From Auanema rhodensis (Eukaryota; Animalia; Nematoda): DNA of 64,000 nt. The notes under the pieces were generated by a model. That model ran no database searches, was not told the origin of the DNA, and saw nothing but the letters and a program-made list of their open reading frames with translations. Position numbers and translations under genes: made by a program. Numbering within the stretch: position 1 is the stretch's first letter; each line of letters opens with the position of its first letter. This document shows, in pieces, positions 55,801 to 64,000 of this stretch. Where the stretch lies: NCBI GenBank assembly GCA_964057225.1, contig OZ059894.1, forward strand, positions 23,808,001 through 23,872,000. The letters are read 5' to 3'.

Positions 55801-57747
55801 CGTGAACTTTAATTTATGCTAATTAAATGTACACTTGATGTGCACTTGGTATGTAACTCGCTTCACGTGAAAGATAAAGAGATGCGGTTTTCAAAATTAG
55901 ATTCCCCATGTCCATATTAGTCTAAAAACAAATTTTTATTGATATTGGTTCATGGTAACCATGACTTTGAAATTTACGTGAACTTTAATTTATGCTAATT
56001 AAATGTACACGTGATGTGCACTTGGTATGTAACTCGCTTCACGTGAAAGATAAAGAGATGCGGTTTTCAAAATTAGATTCCCCATGTCCATATTAGTCTA
56101 AAAACAAATTTTTATTGATATTGGTGCATGGTAACCATGACTTTGAAATTTACGTGAACTTTAATTTATGCTAATTAAATGTACACTTGATGTGCACTTG
56201 GTATGTAACTCGCTTCACGTGAAAGATAAAGAGATGCGGTTTTCAAAATTAGATTCCTATGTCCATATTAGTCTAAAAACAAATTTTTATTGATATTGGT
56301 TCATGGTAACCATGACTTTGAAATTTACGTGAACTTTAATTTATGCTAATTAATTGTACACGTGATGTGCACTTGGTATGTAACTCGCTTCACGTGAAAG
56401 ATAAAGAGATGCGGTTTTCAAAATAAGATTCCCCATGTCCATATTAGTCTAAAAACAAATTTTTATTGATATTGGTGCATGGTAACCATGACTTTGAAAT
56501 TTACGTGAACTTTAATTTATGCTAATTAAATGTACACGTGATGTGCACTTGGTATGTAACTCGCTTCACGTGAAAGATAAAGAGATGCGGTTTTCAAAAT
56601 TAGATTCCCCATGTCCATATTAGTCTAAAAACAAATTTTCATTGATATTGGTGCATGGTAACCATGACTTTGAAATTTACGTGAACTTTAATTTATGCTA
56701 ATTAAATGTACACGTGATGTGCACTTGGTATGTAACTCGCTTCACGTGGAAGATAAAGAGATGCGGTTTTCAAAATTAGATTCCCCATGTCCATATTAGT
56801 CTAAAAACAAATTTTTATTGATATTGGTTCATGGTAACCATGACTTTGAAATTTACGTGAACTTTAATTTATGCTAATTAAATGTACACGTGATGTGCAC
56901 TTGGTATGTAACTCGCTTCACGTGAAATATAAAGAGATGCGGTTTTCAATATTAGATTCCCCATGTCCATATTAGTCTAAAAACAAATTTTTATTGATAT
57001 TGGTGCATGGTAACCATGACTTTGAAATTTACGTGAACTTTAATTTATGCTAATTAAATGTACACGTGATGTGCATTTGGTATGTAACTCGCTTCACGTG
57101 AAAGATAAAGAGATGCGGTTTTCAAAATTAGATTCCTCATGTCCATATTAGTCTAAAAACAAATTTTTATTGATATTGGTGCATGGTAACCATGACTTTG
57201 AAATTTACGTGAACTTTAATTTATGCTAATTAAATGTACACGTGATGTGCACTTGGTATGTAACTCGCTTCACGTGAAAGATAAAGAGATGCGGTTTTCA
57301 AAATTAGATTGCCCATGTCCATATTAGTCTAAAAACAAATTTTTATTGATATTGGTGCATGGTAACCATGACTTTGAAATTTACGTGAACTTTAATTTAT
57401 GCTAATTAAATGTACACTTGATGTGCACTTGGTATGTAACTCGCTTCACGTGAAAGATAAAGAGATGCGGTTTTCAAAATTAGATTCCCCATGTCCATAT
57501 TAGTCTAAAAACAAATTTTTATTGATATTGGTTCATGGTAACCATGACTTTGAAATTTACGTGAACTTTAATTTATGCTAATTAATTGTACACGTGATGT
57601 GCACTTGGTATGTAACTCGCTTCACGTGAAAGATAAAGAGATGCGGTTTTCAATATAAGATTCCCCATGTCCATATTAGTCTAAAAACAAATTTTTATTG
57701 ATATTGGTGCATGGTAACCATGACTTTGAAATTTACGTGAACTTTAA

Positions 57748-60211
57748 TTTATGCTAATTAAATGTACACGTGATGTGCACTTGGTATGTAACTCGCTTCA
57801 CGTGAAAGATAAAGAGATGCGGTTTTCAAAATTAGATTCCCCATGTCCATATTAGTCTAAAAACAAATTTTCATTGGTATTGGTGCATGGTAACCATGAC
57901 TTTGAAATTTACGTGAACTTTAATTTATGCTAATTAAATGTACACGTGATGTGCACTTGGTATGTAACTCGCTTCACGTGGAAGATAAAGAGATGCGGTT
58001 TTCAAAATTAGATTCCCCATGTCCATATTAGTCTAAAAACAAATTTTTATTGATATTGGTGCATGGTAACCATGACTTTGAAATTTACGTGAACTTTAAT
58101 TTATGCTAATTAAATGTACACGTGATGTGCACTTGGTATGTAACTCGCTTCACGTGAAAGATAAAGAGATGCGGTTTTCAAAATTAGATTCCCCATGTCC
58201 ATATTAGTCTAAAAACAAATTTTTATTGATATTGGTTCATGGTAACCATGACTTTGAAATTTACGTGAACTTTAATTTATGCTAATTAAATGTACACGTG
58301 ATGTGCACTTGGTATGTAACTCGCTTCACGTGGAAGATAAAGAGATGCGGTTTTCAAAATTAGATTCCCCATGTCCATATTAGTCTAAAAACAAATTTTT
58401 ATTGATATTAGTGCATGGTAACCATGACTTTGAAATTTACGTGAACTTTAATTTATGCTAATTAAATGTACACGTGATGTGCACTTGGTATGTAACTCGC
58501 TTCACGTGAAAGATAAAGAGATGCGGTTTTCAAAATAAGATTCCCCATGTCCATATTAGTCTAAAAACAAATTTTTATTGATATTGGTGCATGGTAACCA
58601 TGACTTTGAAATTTACGTGAACTTTAATTTATGCTAATTAAATGTACACGTGATGTGCACATGGTATGTAACTCGCTTCACGTGAAAGATAAAGAGATGC
58701 GGTTTTCAAAATTAGATTCCCCATGTCCATATTAGTCTAAAAACAAATTTTCATTGATATTGGTGCATGGTAACCATGACTTTGAAATTTACGTGAACTT
58801 TAATTTATGCTAATTAAATGTACACGTGATGTGCACTTGGTATGTAACTCGCTTCACGTGGAAGATAAAGAGATGCGGTTTTCAAAATTAGATTCCCCAT
58901 GTCCATATTAGTCTAAAAACAAATTTTTATTGATATTAGTGCATGGTAACCATGACTTTGAAATTTACGTGAACTTTAATTTATGCTAATTAAATGTACA
59001 CGTGATGTGCACTTGGTATGTAACTCGCTTCACGTGAAAGATAAAGAGATGCGGTTTTCAAAATTAGATTCCCCATGTCCATATTAGTCTAAAAACAAAT
59101 TTTCATTGGTATTGGTGCATGGTAACCATGACTTTGAAATTTACGTGAACTTTAATTTATGCTAATTAAATGTACACGTGATGTGCACTTGGTATGTAAC
59201 TCGCTTCACGTGGAAGATAAAGAGATGCGGTTTTCAAAATTAGATTCCCCATGTCCATATTAGTCTAAAAACAAATTTTTATTGATATTGGTGCATGGTA
59301 ACCATGACTTTGAAATTTACGTGAACTTTAATTTATGCTAATTAAATGTACACGTGATGTGCACTTGGTATGTAACTCGCTTCACGTGAAAGATAAAGAG
59401 ATGCGGTTTTCAAAATTAGATTCCCCATGTCCATATTAGTCTAAAAACAAATTTTTATTGATATTGGTTCATGGTAACCATGACTTTGAAATTTACGTGA
59501 ACTTTAATTTATGCTAATTAAATGTACACGTGATGTGCACTTGGTATGTAACTCGCTTCACGTGGAAGATAAAGAGATGCGGTTTTCAAAATTAGATTCC
59601 CCATGTCCATATTAGTCTAAAAACAAATTTTTATTGATATTAGTGCATGGTAACCATGACTTTGAAATTTACGTGAACTTTAATTTATGCTAATTAAATG
59701 TACACGTGATGTGCACTTGGTATGTAACTCGCTTCACGTGAAAGATAAAGAGATGCGGTTTTCAAAATAAGATTCCCCATGTCCATATTAGTCTAAAAAC
59801 AAATTTTTATTGATATTGGTGCATGGTAACCATGACTTTGAAATTTACGTGAACTTTAATTTATGCTAATTAAATGTACACGTGATGTGCACATGGTATG
59901 TAACTCGCTTCACGTGAAAGATAAAGAGATGCGGTTTTCAAAATTAGATTCCCCATGTCCATATTAGTCTAAAAACAAATTTTCATTGATATTGGTGCAT
60001 GGTAACCATGACTTTGAAATTTACGTGAACTTTAATTTATGCTAATTAAATGTACACGTGATGTGCACTTGGTATGTAACTCGCTTCACGTGGAAGATAA
60101 AGAGATGCGGTTTTCAAAATTAGATTCCCCATGTCCATATTAGTCTAAAAACAAATTTTTATTGATATTAGTGCATGGTAACCATGACTTTGAAATTTAC
60201 GTGAACTTTAA
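57748..60211 (+). repeat. 7-monomer (1232-bp) tandem duplication
   Basis: [T125C,A130G]-[A58G]-[T138]-[A58G,G135A]-[T86A]-[T34A,T125C]-[A58G,G135A] at 57748 and 58980. Confidence 0.9.
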
Positions 60212-60563
60212 TTTATGCTAATTAAATGTACACGTGATGTGCACTTGGTATGTAACTCGCTTCACGTGAAAGATAAAGAGATGCGGTTTTCAAAATTAGA
60301 TTCCCCATGTCCATATTAGTCTAAAAACAAATTTTTATTGATATTGGTTCATGGTAACCATGACTTTGAAATTTACGTGAACTTTAATTTATGCTAATTA
60401 AATGTACACGTGATGTGCATTTGGTATGTAACTCGCTTCACGTGAAAGATAAAGAGATGCGGTTTTCAAAATTAGATTCCCCATGTCCATATTAGTCTAA
60501 AAACAAATTTTTATTGATATTGGTTCATGGTAACCATGACTTTGAAATTTACGTGAACTTTAA

Positions 60564-61619
60564 TTTATGCTAATTAATTGTACACGTGATGTGCACTTGG
60601 TATGTAACTCGCTTCACGTGAAAGATAAAGAGATGCGGTTTTCAAAATAAGATTCCCCATGTCCATATTAGTCTAAAAACAAATTTTTATTGATATTGGT
60701 GCATGGTAACCATGACTTTGAAATTTACGTGAACTTTAATTTATGCTAATTAAATGTACACGTGATGTGCACATGGTATGTAACTCGCTTCACGTGAAAG
60801 ATAAAGAGATGCGGTTTTCAAAATTAGATTCCCCATGTCCATATTAGTCTAAAAACAAATTTTCATTGATATTGGTGCATGGTAACCATGACTTTGAAAT
60901 TTACGTGAACTTTAATTTATGCTAATTAAATGTACACGTGATGTGCACTTGGTATGTAACTCGCTTCACGTGGAAGATAAAGAGATGCGGTTTTCAAAAT
61001 TAGATTCCCCATGTCCATATTAGTCTAAAAACAAATTTTTATTGATATTAGTGCATGGTAACCATGACTTTGAAATTTACGTGAACTTTAATTTATGCTA
61101 ATTAAATGTACACGTGATGTGCACTTGGTATGTAACTCGCTTCACGTGAAAGATAAAGAGATGCGGTTTTCAAAATAAGATTCCCCATGTCCATATTAGT
61201 CTAAAAACAAATTTTTATTGATATTGGTGCATGGTAACCATGACTTTGAAATTTACGTGAACTTTAATTTATGCTAATTAAATGTACACGTGATGTGCAC
61301 ATGGTATGTAACTCGCTTCACGTGAAAGATAAAGAGATGCGGTTTTCAAAATTAGATTCCCCATGTCCATATTAGTCTAAAAACAAATTTTCATTGATAT
61401 TGGTGCATGGTAACCATGACTTTGAAATTTACGTGAACTTTAATTTATGCTAATTAAATGTACACGTGATGTGCACTTGGTATGTAACTCGCTTCACGTG
61501 GAAGATAAAGAGATGCGGTTTTCAAAATTAGATTCCCCATGTCCATATTAGTCTAAAAACAAATTTTTATTGATATTAGTGCATGGTAACCATGACTTTG
61601 AAATTTACGTGAACTTTAA
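60564..61619 (+). repeat. 3-monomer HOR x2
   Basis: [T86A]-[T34A,T125C]-[A58G,G135A] at 60564 and 61092. Confidence 0.85.
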
Positions 61620-64000
61620 TTTATGCTAATTAAATGTACACGTGATGTGCACTTGGTATGTAACTCGCTTCACGTGAAAGATAAAGAGATGCGGTTTTCA
61701 AAATTAGATTCCCCATGTCCATATTAGTCTAAAAACAAATTTTTATTGATATTGGTTCATGGTAACCATGACTTTGAAATTTACGTGAACTTTAATTTAT
61801 GCTAATTAAATGTACACGTGATGTGCACTTGGTATGTAACTCGCTTCACGTGAAATATAAAGAGATGCGGTTTTCAATATTAGATTCCCCATGTCCATAT
61901 TAGTCTAAAAACAAATTTTTATTGATATTGGTGCATGGTAACCATGACTTTGAAATTTACGTGAACTTTAATTTATGCTAATTAAATGTACACGTGATGT
62001 GCATTTGGTATGTAACTCGCTTCACGTGAAAGATAAAGAGATGCGGTTTTCAAAATTAGATTCCTCATGTCCATATTAGTCTAAAAACAAATTTTTATTG
62101 ATATTGGTGCATGGTAACCATGACTTTGAAATTTACGTGAACTTTAATTTATGCTAATTAAATGTACACGTGATGTGCACTTGGTATGTAACTCGCTTCA
62201 CGTGAAAGATAAAGAGATGCGGTTTTCAAAATTAGATTGCCCATGTCCATATTAGTCTAAAAACAAATTTTTATTGATATTGGTGCATGGTAACCATGAC
62301 TTTGAAATTTACGTGAACTTTAATTTATGCTAATTAAATGTACACGTGATGTGCACTTGGTATGTAACTCGCTTCACGTGAAAGATAAAGAGATGCGGTT
62401 TTCAAAATTAGATTCCCCATGTCCATATTAGTCTAAAAACGAATTTTATTGATATTGGTGCATGGTAACCACGACTTTGAAATTTACGTGAACTTTAATT
62501 TATGCTAATTAAATGTACACGTGATGTGCACTTGGTATGTAACTCGCTTCACGTGAAAGATAAAGAGATGCGGTTTTCAAAATTAGATTCCCCATGTCCA
62601 TATTAGTCTAAAAACAAATTTTTATTGATATTGGTTCATGGTAACCATGACTTTGAAATTTACGTGAACTTTAATTTATGCTAATTAAATGTACACGTGA
62701 TGTGCACTTGGTATGTAACTCGCTTCACGTGAAAGATAAAGAGATGCGGTTTTCAAAATTAGATTCCCCATGTCCATATTAGTCTAAAAACAAATTTTTA
62801 TTGATATTGGTGCATGGTAACCATGACTTTGAAATTTACGTGAACTTCAATTTATGCTAATTAAATGTACACGTGATGTGCACTTGGTATGTAACTCGCT
62901 TCACGTGAAAGATAAAGAGATGCGGTTTTCAAAATTAGATTCCCCATGTCCATATTAGTCTAAAAACAAATTTTTATTGATATTGGTGCATGGTAACCAT
63001 GACTTTGAAATTTACGTGTACTTTAATTTATGCTAATTAAATGTACACTTGATGTGCACTTGGTATGTAACTCGCTTCACGTGAAAGATAAAGAGATGCG
63101 GTTTTCAAAATTAGATTCCCCATGTCCATATTAGTCTAAAAACAAATTTTTATTGATATTGGTGCATGGTAACCATGACTTTGAAATTTACGTGAACTTT
63201 AATTTATGCTAATTAAATGTACACGTGATGTGCACTTGGTATGTAACTCGCTTCACGTGAAAGATAAAGAGATGCGGTTTTCAAAATTAGATTCCCCATG
63301 TCCATATTAGTCTAAAAACAAATTTTTATTGATATTGGTGCATGGTAACCATGACTTTGAAATTTACGTGAACTTTAATTTATGCTAATTAAATGTACAC
63401 GTGATGTGCACTTGGTATGTAACTCGCTTCACGTGAAAGATAAAGAGATGCGGTTTTCAAAATTAGATTACCCATGTCCATATTAGTCTAAAAACAAATT
63501 TTTATTGATATTGGTTCATGGTAACCATGACTTTGAAATTTACGTGAACTTTAATTTATGCTAATTAAATGTACACGTGATGTGCACTTGGTATGTAACT
63601 CGCTTCACGTGAAAGATAAAGAGATGCGGTTTTCAAAATTAGATTCCCCATGTCCATATTAGTCTAAAAACAAATTTTTATTGATATTGGTGCATGGTAA
63701 CCATGACTTTGAAATTTACGTGAACTTTAATTTATGCTAATTAAATGTACACGTGATGTGCACTCGGTATGTAACTCGCTTCACGTGAAAGATAAAGTGA
63801 TGCGGTTTTCAAAATTAGATTCCTCATGTCCATATTAGTCTAAAAACAAATTTTTATTGATATTGGTGCATGGTAACCATGACTTTGAAATTTACGTGAA
63901 CTTTAATTTATGCTAATTAAATGTACACGTGATGTGCACTTGGTATGTAACTCGCTTCACGTGAAAGATAAAGAGATACGGTTTTCAAAATTAGATTCCC

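Larger units (their letters stand above)
45610..63202 (+). repeat. Dispersed family of a 10/11-monomer HOR containing a 175-bp monomer
   Basis: [G61T,A83T]-[C94T]-[C92G]-[175 bp: A118G,delT,T150C]-[T138]-[T174C]-[A169T]-[G23T]-[T125C]-[A58G]-[T138]. Full or partial copies start at 45610, 47545, 51944, 53703, 56868 and 61796. Confidence 0.85.
1..64000 (+). repeat. Tandem satellite DNA array, 176-bp monomer, ~363.5 head-to-tail copies, running off both window ends
   Basis: TTTATGCTAATT recurs at 1, 177, ... 2641, 5281 (period 176). Phase can be tracked to 64000 with only these length changes: +25 at ~15800, -1 at ~21436, +1 at ~21737, six 175-bp monomers and -1 at ~56258. About 56/176 bases are G+C. 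No strand switch or foreign sequence was seen. Confidence 0.99.
1..64000. other. Probable centromeric/pericentromeric satellite (function inferred)
   Basis: Nucleosome-sized AT-rich monomer, very high inter-monomer identity, local HORs and no TE insertions. These are general properties of centromeric satellite cores. No direct CENP-A/CENH3 evidence. Confidence 0.6.

Noticed and set aside
56251-56262. Singleton ATTCCTATG (1-bp shorter C tract)
   Set aside because: Single occurrence in a homopolymer; may be a private mutation or a consensus error.
1-64000. CRISPR array or other repeat-spacer system
   Set aside because: No unique spacers; whole 176-bp units are near-identical; no cas or other genes.
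1-64000. T/G pattern at position 138 as a fixed dimer HOR or encoded signal
   Set aside because: No constant period; the pattern follows the local block duplications.

Overview
The whole 64-kb window is one uninterrupted, single-orientation tandem satellite array of a 176-bp monomer (~32% GC; by my count 363 complete monomers plus 94 bp). Consensus, numbered from window base 1: TTTATGCTAATTAAATGTACACGTGATGTGCACTTGGTATGTAACTCGCTTCACGTGAAAGATAAAGAGATGCGGTTTTCAAAATTAGATTCCCCATGTCCATATTAGTCTAAAAACAAATTTTTATTGATATTGGT[T/G]CATGGTAACCATGACTTTGAAATTTACGTGAACTTTAA. Most copies differ from consensus by 0-4 substitutions. Monomer size, AT-richness and homogeneity fit a eukaryotic centromeric or pericentromeric satellite (inference; I do not recognise the family or species). 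I see no genes, RNA genes, transposons, CRISPR or inversions. The single 60-aa ORF arises from one stop-codon SNP in one monomer. Points of interest: (i) monomer architecture, namely an 84-bp imperfect foldback plus three ~32-33-bp-spaced ACGTGA sub-repeats with E-box/CDEI-like motifs; (ii) nested, locally evolving higher-order repeats (3-, 5-, 7-, 10-, 11-, 15- and ~27-mers); (iii) one complex junction at ~15.8 kb. Variant names such as A58G refer to monomer positions. All variants were read by eye, so some may be missed.
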